From Tubiluchus corallicola (taxonomy: Eukaryota > Animalia > Priapulida), in contig JAQGDQ010000416.1 in the NCBI GenBank assembly GCA_030141605.1, positions 124,001 to 188,000 on the forward strand: a DNA stretch of 64,000 nt. Direction: 5' to 3'. The notes beneath the pieces were generated by a model. It ran no database searches and was not told where the DNA came from. It saw only the letters and a program-made list of their open reading frames with translations. Both the position numbers and the translations under genes were made by a program. Positions 10,861 to 46,500 of the stretch are shown here, one piece after another; the stretch's first letter is position 1; the number at the start of each line of letters is the position of its first letter.

Positions 10861-13098
10861 CCAGACAACTACTTCACTTCTACTGATGCTCAAAATCAAT
10901 CAAGCCAATTGAAACCGATTGACAACAGCATCCTTTCAGTTTGGATTAATACTAGTCAGCAAAAGTGCACTGCAGTCATTACCATATTAATGGATGAACT
11001 GCGACAGAAAGTTGGTGCTTCTTTGCATAGTAGTGTTTTCCAACACTTTTTTGCACACGTCAAACTGATCAAAGCAGTAGCTGTCTGCTCAGCAGCTTTT
11101 GATTAAATTCCCAGAGCTGAATACGCTAATAAATCTTTTTAATTAAATTAATGGAATGTTACCTCAGTTGTCACAAGTTTTAGTAAACAGCAAGGCTGGT
11201 GTATTTTTATTCTATAGGTTTGATTGTAATAATGCCAAAGAGAAATGAAGCCAAAGAAAGTTTAATCCTTGTGAACTACAAAAAATATGTAAAAACTTTG
11301 GATAATCTGCAACCTATGTTACTTTTTTGTATTTTATCACCGTGAGTCTAATATATTTGTCAATTCTATAGTTCTGTCAGTGTTGCTGATACTGCTAGTA
11401 TGTACTTATTATTAAAACTCATTGTCCTCGTGCAAAACTCAGTAGTAGTGTCTGTGGTGCTATCAATTCCTCTCTTTTATATTTAAAACTGTAATTATAT
11501 GTAAATAGTAATAAATAAAATTTTAAAGAAAAACAATGAATTAAACTAATTAAATAGACGTTTAAACAAACATACTCATTTAATGGCATACACATGTCAA
11601 GCAGAACCGAACAGTACCACATAATGAGAATGACCTTAAATAACATACTACAACCAATAAACGTACTATAACAGTACACAGTAACACTAATAATCACAAC
11701 ACAGAATGACCTAGTTGACTGGCAGTATTCCATTACTATGATATAAAATCAACAACATATTTAATAGCAGGCTAACAAATTGAAACAATGACAATACGAA
11801 ACTGATTTGAGATATGCTCAAACATTTGTACATTTACTCTAAATCTTTAATGGGGTAAACTGGCATTCAAATACAAAGCACTTAACTTTGACAATTCAAA
11901 ACGAATCATTTTCCATGATGTTACGATGCAAGTTGTACAACTTTACTACTGAAGGACAGGGTCACAAAGTTCATTCACTGGCATGGTACTTTTACAGACA
12001 CAACAAATAATGCCGTATTTCAAAAAAAAGTTGAAAATGATTTTAATTCAATGTGACTGTTATTAGCAGTTGAATTTGATTTTCTGAAAAAAGTCGCAAT
12101 TTTAAGGTCACAGAATTCATACCCGAAGGTAAGTCACAACCATTAATTACGGTCAGTGTTAGATAATTTCATTCAGTAAATGAGAGGAAAAGCAAACATT
12201 GCTTGCCTAATTTTGGAAAACAATCATAATTTGTCAAAGAGGTAATAAGTAAACAGCCAAAAATTCCAATCAAAATTTTTAAAATTCTCAAAAAATATGA
12301 AAGAGAGGGATCATGAAACTCTTGCAGGTCCAAAATGAAATGTAGTTGAATGACAGTTTGTGCTGAAGACTATGAACACGAATGCACATGTTTAACACAA
12401 AGTTACTAAATACTTTGTTGTATCATTTTTGACAATTGATATTACATTTGACAAAAATTAGTATTAATGACAATGAAAAGTATTACATTAAGCATTATCA
12501 GAGACATTTAATAATGAAGAAGTAGTTGGTGAATTAAGATTGAATTAAGAAGTAAATGATCACAAACTCTCCATTTTCTCATTTTAATTTCATATTTCAA
12601 GCTTAAGTTCCTATTGATATTCTAATAGTGGATTAACTCCATCACATGACGTTTTCCAGCTTGAGTTCAACAAAATGACTCAATTATATCTGTATTTAAA
12701 CATTTCAGAAGAGCTTTGATGCAAGTGAAAATCATTTTATTCTGATTAAGGATAAAACAATTTCATTTCAAAAATTTTGCAAACACCCTTAGACAAAATC
12801 TGACATAGTTTAAAAACTAGCCTCTTATTTGCTATACCAGTCACAGAAAAGATATAGATATCAAAGCAAAACAAACACCAGTGATTTTTCATAGTTATAA
12901 TTCACCAATGTTCAAATCACTCCTACATTCTGCAAAGTATATCTAATTTATTTACATAAAAATTTTATCTTAAAATGGCAAAATTTCACAAAACACATGA
13001 ACACCATTAAATAGCCAGTGACTATTAGTTATGATACATAGTCGTCATATTATATAATAATTAATGTACTGACTAGATCAGGATTCATTAATGCACAT

Positions 13099-34300
<21,202 letters not shown>

Positions 34301-34919
34301 CGTACGTGTCATGAAAATACAGAGCATCGAAAAAACGTCATAATTCATTCATTCACTTCGTTGGTCATTTAAAATTTTCGTCAGGCATTCAGATAGTTTT
34401 CAAATAATAAAAACAAATACATTTTGCTTTTTATAAGCAACACGTTGTACAAAAACAACCAGAACTAATTGCCAATTATACAACAATAACAAACAACAAA
34501 TTTGTACACTAAAATAAATTTACTACACCATCGTGTCGCTTTAATCGCTTGTATCATGGCAGCTCACTAGTAGGGTTAAGTAAGCGTGTTTTAGTGTTTT
34601 ATTAAATTTTAAGTGCTTTGTTTCGGTGTATGCAAAGATTAAATCGCACACTCGCAGTGTAGATAGCTCACGAGCAGTTTCACGTCACAGATTTACTTCA
34701 AAATATGGGGGAGGGGGTGTTCACACACCGAGTCCATTCACAAACATAATTTAGAATGTAAATACGTGCCAAAGTTAACATTATGTGCTAGCAAGTGGTG
34801 GAGCGGCCTAGATATCTCCAAGGGGCACACCTAGGATGGGATGGATTGATTTTTTAGATATCGTCACTGTTCAAAAAACTTTAAGCGTTGATTTACCGTT
34901 GTTGCAGAATTTTGAAGAT

Positions 34920-35060
34920 GTGCTTTGTAATTTGGACAAAAGAAATACATGTGGAATATTCCTAGAATTGACCAAAGCATTTGATACCGTGATTCCTCCC
35001 CACAAACTTAAACACTGCAGAATTAGAGAAACTCTACTTAAACTCTTTGAGATGATCATC
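34920..35060 (+). mobile_element. Small LINE reverse-transcriptase fragment
   Basis: TCGIFLELTKAFDTV...KLKHCRIRETLLKLF resembles the RT motif FLDLxKAFDTVxHxxLLxKLxxYGIRG. Confidence 0.7.
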
Positions 35061-35394
35061 ATTGCATAATTATAAGATAAACAAGTGGATGTTTTTGATT
35101 GTGTCAAAAACTGTGGTAAGATTTTGCATCTGCGACTGAAAATGTTTTGGGTGATAGCTTGACAGCTTTTGCTTCTTAGATAAATATTGCTTTTCAAAAT
35201 AATTAACATCAAATATGTATCACTGTTGTGCATAAAAGCTTCATATTAGCACATTCAAACAAATTTTAAGAAAATGTAAATTAAATATCTTAATTTTGGA
35301 AATCAGTGAAACCTGACAGAAGCATTTTGCACAATTACTAAACTGTGTGAGTTGAAAAAAGATGTTAAAAGGTACGAAACAAAAATTTTTAATT

Positions 35395-35455
35395 GGGAAT
35401 GGAATCCACAACTTTCAAATGGCAATCCCAGCATGCTAGCAGTTAGGCTAGCAAG
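35395..35455 (-). repeat. Decayed tRNA-derived SINE head (possible)
   Basis: Minus strand tagcctaactgctagcatgctgg...gttgtggattccattccc resembles degenerate pol III A and B boxes. No cloverleaf. Confidence 0.3.
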
Positions 35456-35892
35456 GATTAGTATGAGTTCATTTTTTTACCAAGCACTGTGGTGAGGCGT
35501 TTGTGAAACACACCAGTTTTATTTGGCGGCAATCGATTTTTGCACTCATTTAGCTGCGTTTGGAAAAAACATATCATCTTGTAGCCCTGTTCTTTCTCTT
35601 TCTAAAGAGTTATAAAACTCTCCCTTAAAAGTTCCAGTAACAAACCCGATGAACACTTTTTCTGGACGTTTCGCAAACTTTTTAACACTGAAATTCCAAC
35701 TTTTTATCGTTAACCTGTGAACACTTGAAATATGTGAAAATATTCACATCAGACAACACAGAATGACACTGAGTGAATGATCTTCTTATAGCTTGTCGCG
35801 CTGCCTTGTCACATCAGTAATTCATGATAGTGTTTCATCTGTTTCAGTGTCATTTAAGCAGCTTCCAATCGATGCCGTAACACGATGTGACT

Positions 35893-38800
35893 ATGCATGC
35901 TCATTTGACTCGTCAAGAGGTATTTCATGAAAACATTACTGTACAGAAACTTTACATTCCCTCAAAGTTATCGATTTGTGATGTGAAAATTGGCTTGCTG
36001 TTTGGCTGGCAAGATTTATCTTGCAATGCCAGTTGCATTATTTCTGTCTTACCATGGTCGAGTGAAGATGGTAATGTCTGTTTTAATAAAGCAATTGCTG
36101 GGTTTTCACACCTTGGTTCTTTTTATGCAAGAACACGATGCTTGCAAAATTGCAAAACTGGAAAATGGGCTTTGCTGGGCATTTTAGTAAAGAGAGAAAA
36201 TGAGTCAGAGTGGCTTCCTGAACATTTTGAACTACTTCGTAGTAGATTAGAAAGTAACAGCTGGTTCGTTATAGAGAAAGACAAGTGCAATGTTATACGT
36301 GCTACTTTTGCTAAGAGAGTGACAACAGACATTTCTGATACTGACAAACATCCTTTAATGTGTATATATTATGAACCAGATGATATTATGCGTAGTCAGA
36401 TTTTGTATAGTGATATACCATTAATGCCAAATGATCTTCGAGCTCTCAAGATGATAGTGGATAAATTTGGAGCCTTTAACAGGCATCATTTGAAAGTCGA
36501 AAGTGAGACCAGTGATTGGCCTAATAGACTTGAGTGGATTGACTTGATAGACAGATCATCATTGCCTTATCAAAATGACATGCAAAAAACATCTATTTCG
36601 AGGTATGATTTACTTTGTTTAAAGAAAACTACCATGCAGTTAGGTTATTTAAAATTTTGTTCTTTGGCTCTGTGAGAAAAACATCTGTAGAAATCTATGC
36701 ATCCTTTAAAAAAATATCTTTATTCAGTGACCCACAGTTATTAAATTTCAATACCAAGTTTATCTGGAAGAAAGGAACTTGAAAAAATCATGAACATATT
36801 CACTTGTTGTGGGTTTATTTTTGTGTTAATAAATGATCTTGAAATTAGGATTATAAATATTTGAAAAAAATGTATTTTTCTCTTGAAATTAATGCATTTC
36901 TGTTTGTGTTAATTACAGGTTCCAGAATCCACTGTCACGGATGCTGTCTTTGTCTTTAACGTGGTGTCAGATTGAGCATAGATTCTATCAATTGAAATCC
37001 ATTGTAAACTACAGAAGAACTTCCTTTCTATGGTAACCATATTTCATAAATTTGAATTAAAAAATTGTTTTAAATTCGGTTCTGTAAACCTTAAATTTAA
37101 AAATGTTTTTGAACATTGAACGCTTATGTGCTTAATGTACATTAATTGAACATCTTGTGTTAGTATCAACTGCGTACAGGTTTTTCTAGTTTTGTCAGCT
37201 CAGCAGCAGAGCTTACTTAGCGAATATGGTTGTGGTGGGACTAAAAGCTTACTTTTTCTAAAGATACTAAAATGAAACACTGTATTGACTGAAGTATCTA
37301 TGCCAATAGTAGGAACCACTCAGAAGCAGATTCTGTAGTAGTCACCTATCCATTTTTTCTTGTGTCAGCTAGTGTTCATTGTTGCTTAATCTTGATCGCT
37401 GAGCACATAATCAGTGATCATGTGATCATGTGATCATTCAGGCATCATCCCACCCTGCATACATGAACCATTTTTATGCCTTATGCATCTGAATTCATCT
37501 TAGAGGATTAGTGTCATTAATAAACAAGATTCCAGTCTTGCCACAACAGTACCCATCAACATAATAATTGAGTGCTGGATTTTTGCTTCATCAGTAGGAA
37601 AAAATTACATTAATTTAACCCCAATCCTAAGGCTTTGTCCAAGGTTTAATGGATTCAAACAGTGTCAAACATGCAGTAGACTAAGTGTAATGGTAAGCTG
37701 TGCCATATACTGGTATAATTAACAAAAGTCTCTATAGATTATTATCAAGCCTAGTTAACGACTAGAATGACACTTGATCTAACTCATATGATATGTGTAT
37801 GATGAAAGTCTAATGTGGAGAATACTTTTTCTGTTTAGCAGGGGTAATACTGCATTATTACTAGCTACGGACATTTTGTCTGGCATTGTTATGATCTGGG
37901 TGATTTCTTCCTTCCTGGCCACCAATCAGTTCCATATGGCTGGTAGCATACTCAGAGCAGCTGAGGTTTGTACACTTTAGATATTTACTTACAGTGGCGG
38001 CTCGTGTATAGGTACTGTGGAACTGCAGCACCTCCTATTTTCACTCAATATTATCGATAATATTCAATATAATCAGTCTTTAGTTTTTTCTTTATACTTG
38101 TACAGAACCAGAACACATGAGGATAGTACTGTTTGCTTCGCAATCCAGTACAATGACCTCCAGTAATGCAGCATTTGGCTGTTGTGCGCATGCGGCCTTG
38201 CGCAGTTTTTTTGCGCACATGTCTGAACCCAGTTAGAGACAGTACTGTTGCTCATACAGTTTGTTGTCAGTTGTCACATGCTTCCCGTTAATGGATCAAG
38301 CTTGATCTACCACAATTTAGGCTATTACTAAGCAAAAAAGTATTTTTTGGTGTAGGATTTTATCAAGTTTATGTATAAACTTTCGTATGTTTGTTTTGTT
38401 TTACACATTATTAAAACGATCGCTAAAAATTTTCTGTAGCAGCACCCCCACTCATTTTAGTCAGCTACGAGCTGCCACTGTTTATTTATTAAAAAACATT
38501 AAAATTCTGCAAAGAGTTCAAAAATACTTGACAATGTTTTTGCAGGTTATTGTATATTTGGTACAAGAACTATTGCAATGGTTAATGGGCATACCTGCAG
38601 GCTTGAAACTCAACATTCCACTGAATTATACCCTGGGAAAGTTTTTCTTGTATCACATGCACCTTTGGAAACGTAAATATATTATTGTTGTCTTTTCTGT
38701 TGTTTTTATACTTGTTTTTACTATTTTGTATAATTTTCTTGATGTATTTTGAAGATTAAGTGTAGTGTGATGTTAATGTTTTTTCACGACTTCCAGATTA

Positions 38801-41800
38801 AATTAATTTTACTCTGTAAATGTCTACTGTTGATTAGTGTAATGTACTATGATTATATAATCACGCACTGATAGTTGTTTAAATTGTTTGTAAGTATAAT
38901 GCTTTTTTCAAGGATAACGACCAATCTCCAAGACTATGCTTTAGAAGTTATCTCATGATTTGTTTTTAATATTTCTTTGACTAAAGTTGATTTTTTAACG
39001 GAGCACGTAAATTTCAGGTTACATTGTTCTCCTAGTCAAGCCTTATCTGCCATCATTACTGTACTGCATTGGGATGATGGGTTGTGGAGGTGTCACTTTC
39101 CTGCTGAGCATGTTTGGTGATCTCATCTCGTTACTAACATTTCACGCGTATTGTTTCTACATTTATGCAGCAAGGTAAGCCAAGCATCAATGGTTTTAAA
39201 TTCTTTGTTATCGGTACCTACGAAATTAAAATGTCCCACTAAAATGCAGCTGTTTTTGATGTCAGGAAAGTTTCTTTTGTAAGTGCAGTCAAGTCTGCCT
39301 AAGTCATATCTCTGGGCACTAATTAAATGTGTTGTACCACTATGAATATGTTCAGAGAAGCCCATCATCTGATCCACTTTGAGTGGATCTCACTGCAACT
39401 TAATAGGTCATGGCTTAGTAGCTTAACGTTTGCATTTGCCATTGAGTGTGAAACCTCTAATGAATCCTGCGCAGTGTCACGGTACATGAATTTTTCTACA
39501 TTAGGTCACAGTAGCACGCTCCTTAATGAATAAGTATCTCTGCTAGACAAATATGATCATCTTATTGGGATCAAGGAATGGATAAGCTTGAACAAACATT
39601 CTTGCAGCTAGGCTTATTGTCATTTACAGAAAAAGTACATTGTATCTAGTTGCACTTTCAAATTATTACACAAAAAGGACCACATTTGCAACTATATTCT
39701 AAAATCTACTAAATCCTGTAAAACTAATGCTTTTGTTTAACACTCATATGATTGCATGTATTTCAGACCTATACAGCTATTTAAGATTATTTTGTATCTT
39801 AGTCTATTGTGAGACATTGTGAACTTGTTAATACTATTAATAAATAAATATGCTTATGTAGGAAATCTACTAAATTGTTTTTTGTTAGTTTTTCTCCACA
39901 GTCACAGTATAATCACAACTTGTGCTACATGTCTACTTATCACTATAATTGCATGAAGCGTGAAATTAATAATAAATTTATAATAGAGCAGTCCTAAGGA
40001 TTAAAGTCGTTTTGCCTTAGCTTGGATAATCAGTTACTAAGTGAGCCAAAGGAAAAATTTCCAAATAACTTCTTTTAATTTTTCCTTTTTAGTAAGCGAA
40101 TAATTTTACTTTATACTTCACTTACTTGCTTAGGTAGATAAAATTCTGAGTAATTTTTTTTATACCTCTACCTGTTTTGTTTCTAGGTTGTTCTACTTGA
40201 TGATTTTTGGACTGAAATCTCTCTTTCGCTTGTTCCGTGGAAAGAAATGGAATGTCCTGAGACAACGGATTGATTCTTGCTCTTATAATATGGATCAGCT
40301 GTTTGTAGGATCTATTCTTTTCACTGTGATACTATTCTTGCTACCAACAGTGGCAATGTACTACATAGTTTTCACTAGTGTAAGTCCCATTTTGAGTGAT
40401 AAGAAATCTGTGTTTCAAGCTGAATGGCCGTGCTACTTTTTAGCTGATGGTTATAGTAGGGCTAGAACGAACTAATCATATATATAGTCTTCTAGATTGA
40501 GATGCATTTAAATCTCATTAAATAAATAGTCGGAGACTGTATGGCAGAAGAAATTGTCCAAAGATAAATTTTCCTGAGGTCAGTCATCCATTTACTAATC
40601 AGGTCCAGCACTGCTGCCCGCTGAAAAGTGCTCAAGAGTTTGAGTGACATGGTTTTTACACAATAATACTTGCAGTAAGTTAGGCAAAACAGAACATTTT
40701 TAGACGAATTTAGTGACATGGCAAGAATGATCGAACCTCTGAAATGCTTTGGAATTTATCTGAAAAACGAGAATGGACTTTTAACTAATTATGCGGCTAA
40801 GTGCTTCCAGAGCATGATTAACATTAACTACTGGAAAATGCTTCATTCCTATTTCCATAATATTATTATTAGTATTAAATTTAGTTAATATTTCCTTCAC
40901 ATTTTTTCAAACAAGGCTTGAAGAAAAGTCTAGCATTTCTTCCTTTACTCCCACTTGGTTCTTCCACTGTAGCATTGTGCCAATTTTGGGGCACTCTGCT
41001 TAAAAGAAGAAATTACTGTATCTAGAACAACAGTTCTTCATAGCTAGTGTATTCAACTAACAACATTTTATTGTGGTCCTTCTTAATTGATATCCTGCTG
41101 CATTTGAAAAACCAAACTATTGCGGGAAAAACAGATGTAGGCATAATTATGTGTAGCGTGAATAACATTCTTTTACTGTATCTTTTTCCAGCTGAGATTG
41201 ATTGTACTGATGACACAGACATTGCTAATTCGATTACTAACATTCATCAATACGTGTCCCATATATGCTGTAATCTTATGGCTGCTTCAGTCTGCATCAA
41301 TAAAAGGTAAATACTGTTACTGGATTTTAATCAATTAAGTCACTATGAATGACTTTTCAAAATACAATAGCAATTACTAGTTATTTTTCAAAACATTTAA
41401 TCATTTTAAAACAAAACAATTTTAAATGCCTGTTACTATAACTAGAGATCACAAGTTCTCAACTGACAAAAGTAGTACCCATCTTGCATATATTTGTTCA
41501 TACTCTTAAAATGGATGTAACTATTCAATTTGCTTTGCAATTTCGCTTGCTAATTGTGCTGTAATTTTTCACTTTTTGCTGAATATGTTGAACTATGTCA
41601 TTTAAATGATAGCTATTGTTGTAGGAATGTAGGTAAAATTAGATGATGTTGACTTTTATGTAAACTTCACGACCTTGAAAATAACGCCAAATAGACTGAG
41701 GTCACGCTTTCATTTGTTATCATTTATTATTATCACATTCAGTTCAATATAGTGACATTCTATACATGGTGACAAACTATCAAGATTGTTACTTCATACT

Positions 41801-42354
41801 GTACTTCATACTTCAATTGTTATGTTTCATGCATTATCATTATCATAAAAGAATAGTTTTTAGTTCATGATTTATGTCATTCCAAAGCCTTGGACCAAAA
41901 TTTCCAATGAATTTTTGTGCCACGTCTTTTACAGAAGTTAATGACAAACTCATTCATTCTTTAGAAGGTCATTGTGATGTTTTAATTTTCTGTAACTTGC
42001 AGGCAATGTTAGATATCGCATCCTTTCTTCACCACATGATGAATGCTTATGGATGAAGATGGAGGTGAGTGCAAAATGTATTTCGAAGTTCGTGAATGCA
42101 TTAATCACTAGTGTGTCAGCAATAAATGTCACGTTTGTTTGCATTTCTTTTAGCTGATATTTTGTTGTCTTATTTTGATGTTTTTTTATTATCAAATATG
42201 CATTATTTCTTTCCAGCTGAAGCCAGTGTTGTTAAGAGACTTAATTGATCAGTGTCACCGTCAAGAAATTCAACCAAACTTTCAAGGCCAGGGAACAACG
42301 GATGGTCTCCTGTCGTCGCTTGTTCAAGGGAAAATTATTGCAAAACTTGTTTGA
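35893..42354 (+). CDS. PIGQ: Phosphatidylinositol N-acetylglucosaminyltransferase subunit Q (GPI1), 9 coding exons, ~580 aa
   Basis: Exons 35893-36602, 36919-37032, 37839-37965, 38546-38672, 39018-39174, 40187-40379, 41192-41306, 42003-42064, 42217-42354; GT-AG introns, 1743 nt in frame. Gpi1 motifs: [67 protein letters not shown]. Confidence 0.95.
37992..38480. mobile_element. hAT-type MITE in PIGQ intron 3
   Basis: TIRs cagtggcggctcgt / acgagctgccactg, flanked by TTTACTTA / TTTATTTA (8 bp, 1 mismatch). Confidence 0.85.
39200..39600 (-). mobile_element. Possible heavily decayed LINE endonuclease-region relic
   Basis: Minus-strand fragments ([12 protein letters not shown]...[14 protein letters not shown]) loosely resemble APE-endonuclease motifs. 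Weak. Confidence 0.25.
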
Positions 42355-43566
42355 AAATTCACTTGCCATAGATTATTTGCACATAATTATTATAATGCTT
42401 TTTGACACTAACTGATTAATCGACACCTCAATGAAGATGAAAGATTAACTAAAAAATGCCAGTGTGTCAGCCGATAGCAGATTTACAATCCAGGATTTTA
42501 TATTCTGTCCAGACCAACAGACCAGTGACATTTTTTTGACCGTTTTTGTGATGATTTTAGCAGTTTCAGGTAAGCAGTCTGTAAATCCAATGCTCAAATG
42601 ACACACAACTACAACCATAATTGAATGTATAGATTTGTTGGCCGATTTTACAAATCCTTTATAAATCACGTAAAGGGAAAAAAATTTCCAACACAAGTGG
42701 CATATTTAGCTATTAATAATGCAGGTGTTGACGTGTTGTATTAATTTCTATCAAAAACAGTTATAGATGAAAAGTCAGATGTGCAGAAGTACAGAAAAAG
42801 AGCAATTTATTATCACAGCAAAACTGCAGGACACAAAACACGTTATCTAAAGTATGTGTAAATTGATTACATTGTACACTGTACAAATTGTTTTCTAATA
42901 CATTATTACTAATAATGTGTAATATCGAAAAAATTGTGTTATCAAATTGGTAAATAAGAAGCATATATGTTGTTTACTGCAGAAGTAAATGGTGGAGCAG
43001 AAACCATTAATCAAAAAAAGATTAACTGTCAACTAATGAGGATAAGATTGAATATGATTTAAATCTGTTTCATATATGAGCAACATTGCAAGTCTGTATT
43101 TCATTAATTTAACCAGAATAACCTGCTTTAGTAACTTGGGCGGAATACTTTCTGAATCTAATAACACTTTAAAAATACCTTCACTTATCAATATGGGACA
43201 TTTACTGCAATTCCTGTATAAAATGATTCTGTATGTATATATGATAATAAACTACATAAATACAATACTCATGGTTTCATCACACAAATGGTTTAGTTTC
43301 TCTATAAAAACTATTGCATAGTAGCTATTATATCTAACAACAAAGCAATTACATATAAATAAACTAAAGCTAGAAACAATTTGTATCTCGATGGCCAAAA
43401 TTAGTAAAATGTGAACTATATGACCACTTGTATTTGCAAGCACTTCAAATCTAATATTACTTAGCAGCAAAATCAGAATTAACGGGATCTCTCTTGAGCA
43501 AAATTGTCTGTAATATGTACTGCTGTAAATTGGTCTTCATTACCAAGTCATGTCCATGGACTTTGC

Positions 43567-46500
43567 TCACTTCCAAGGCTTTAGTCCACGTTTTCCGGAT
43601 TTTTCTTTTTTGGTCGACTGACTCGACTTTGGCACATTTTTATACAGGCTTCTCCGAACTGACTTCCTTTCAGTTAGCTTTTCTGTCGACAAATAAAAAA
43701 ATAAATAATGCTTCATAAGGTGCAAATTACTAGTTGCTACAACAAACATATTTTTCATTGAGCTAAAATTATAGTGCATATTTTTGCACTAGGCAAGAAG
43801 CACCAAAATAGCAAACGAAATAAAAATATTTGAATTTTAAAAACAATTTAGCTTCAATAGTTCAACAATCTTTTTTCTTTTATTTTATTACGATAACATA
43901 TTCGTTATTATTATTTTTTATTATTAACACCAAACAACAATAAAATCTAACAAAACACGATAACCTGACATTGTATACATCGGATTTTATAATTACGTTA
44001 ATATTCTAATAAAATGAGCATGACATGATATCTATATAAATTGTTGCTTGCATTATAGTTTGAAACATTACTTGTGCGGCTATAATGCAATTAATGATGC
44101 AGGAGTTAGGTACAAAAAAGGGAAGGTAAAAAAGTGACGGAATACTAGTGGAGAGTGCAAGAGAAAAGAAATTAGTAGGATTAGGGTAATGAAATGATGT
44201 GATTGAGAATGAATATGAGATTGCTCTTTAGGATATCGAAAAAAGTACATATAAATTTATGAACAGAAGTACACTATGTACACTCGCAATGTTTAACAGT
44301 ACAGTAATATCAAAAAAGAAATCTTCTTGCACAACTGTGACAACAAATTCTTGGATACCGACTATTGTGCTACTTTACTGAATTTTTTACAAAATTAACA
44401 AAAGTTGCTATTATTTTTAATTGTTCACAAAAAATACGTTATTTAAATTTTAGCAACACAACAAAGCTTCAAATGCTTTCATGCAGCCACAAACTGTAAA
44501 CTGTAATTCTCACTTTAACAAAATAGAATATTTTGTAAACATGTCACTCAATCGAAGATTTTGAAGTTAAATTACTGATGAAACAAATTGTCCTTATGAA
44601 AGTTAATCTCTAAATTACACTTCCGTCTCTCAAGACTACTGTAAGCCCTTTTCTGTAAACTACAGGCTTCTTTGCAGTGTAAGAGGCAAGCAGCATTCCT
44701 TAGAGATAAAATTTCTGAGATATAATTCAATTTTACATAACGCACAACAGCCACTTATGTTAGCTCAGTACTTATTCTTATTCTATACAAGATGAATTGT
44801 ATAGTTCTGGCTTTTCTTCTTATGTAGTCGCTTCTCTAACTTATTATATTTTAAATCAATGACGTTTAGCAACTACTTTCGTTTTTTAATGTTCTTGTTT
44901 TGCTCTCGAACATGCTGTTTTGACAATTTATCTGTAATTTTCAGCTGATGAGACTGCCTAGGGTGAAAGTTTTTGAAATAAAAATACCTAATCATTGAGA
45001 CTATAAAAGGTGTTACATTTTTTTGTTAAAGATGGAAAGATGACAAGTCTCAGGAGAGCTCCCTCATATTATATGTACTACATGCATTTTAAATGCAAAC
45101 CTGTTTGGTTTAATCTCTGTGTACCAGACATTGGTCGGAAATTCTCTTTCTGACTCCCTTTATCATCACTATGATCCAGCTTTGGTTTCTTTGGACTATG
45201 ACGTCTAATCGTGACATTAGCAGTCCAGTGACCAGATTTGCGTGGCATACTGAAACTATTAAATGAGCAATATAGTAAATATTGTATAGAACTCCACTCA
45301 TATAATAAGAAACATTTTTCAAAATTCACAGTTTTATACAGTTACTAGAATAAATACATGATACATTTGTGTTCTTGTAATTTGTGAATTGCTTCTTACT
45401 ATTTTTAAATATATAAATATATGTACATCCACCACCAATTTTGAAACAGAAGTAAAATTTGCATTAAATTAAGCCTCACTATTATGAAATAACTGTTTTG
45501 ACATTATAACAGTATATTGAAATTATAGTAGTAGTAAGTAGTCGTAGTAGTAGTAGTATTTTTATTGTCATCAAGGCCACCGAGATTACATGTACATTTA
45601 CAATAACAATACGTGTAACGCATATTACAACTGAAACAAATATTAGTCGGAGTTTACAAATTTTGCTAAAGTATAGTACAAAATACCCTGCAATAGTAGT
45701 AATTTTTTTTAACGTAATAACATCCAAAAAGGTATTAATAACCAGATAACAATTGATAACAACCAGATATACACGAGTAGTTAATCCAATCAGTGCAGAT
45801 ATCCAATAATGCTTACTTCCAATGCGTTAGATAATTATCATTATAATGTTTTGTAATAATGGAACTTATGCAAACCTTTGACTTTTCTTTCTGTCCAGAT
45901 ACTTAACAGTTGCAGACGAAAGGACACTTTTTCTGCTGATAGCTTCAGCTGACACCGTTGCTGCTTCCTATGTAACATTGGTTTCATTTAATAAATACAA
46001 TTAATGTTGAAGAGACTTACAAGATTGTGAAGTAAACTGCTCAATATCATTTACTGCACAAATCTGATCATTTTCGGAAATTTAAAGTGTTTAGGTTACA
46101 AGAGCACAATGCTATACTTAACACAAACTGACACAGCAGCTTTTAAATAAATTCAGCAAACAAACAGAGCATACAAAATGTCATATTTTCTTTTGAGAAT
46201 CCGTATATATATATATAAGGAAACATGTAATACAAAACCTAATAGCAGTATGTGAAATTGTAAATGAACATGCACAAGAGTTTCAAGTTTATTTCAACTC
46301 ATTTTAAATTTTATTTATTGAATACTTGAAACATTAAAAGTAGAATAGAGTTAAGTTTTGAGCCTTCATATACAATGAAAGTTTCCTGTACGAGAAATTT
46401 TAATAATGGCTTATTCATAAAATCATTACCCTCTCTCTGGAATGCTTTTCTTGGAGTAATTGTCGGTCATGAGATATAATAGCCATGCGCTCAGCTACTG

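Larger units (their letters stand above)
34301..35892. promoter_or_regulatory. Divergent (head-to-head) intergenic region of TBCD and PIGQ
   Basis: Start codons at 34300 (-) and 35893 (+) are 1.6 kb apart. Transcription starts cannot be determined from sequence. Confidence 0.5.
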
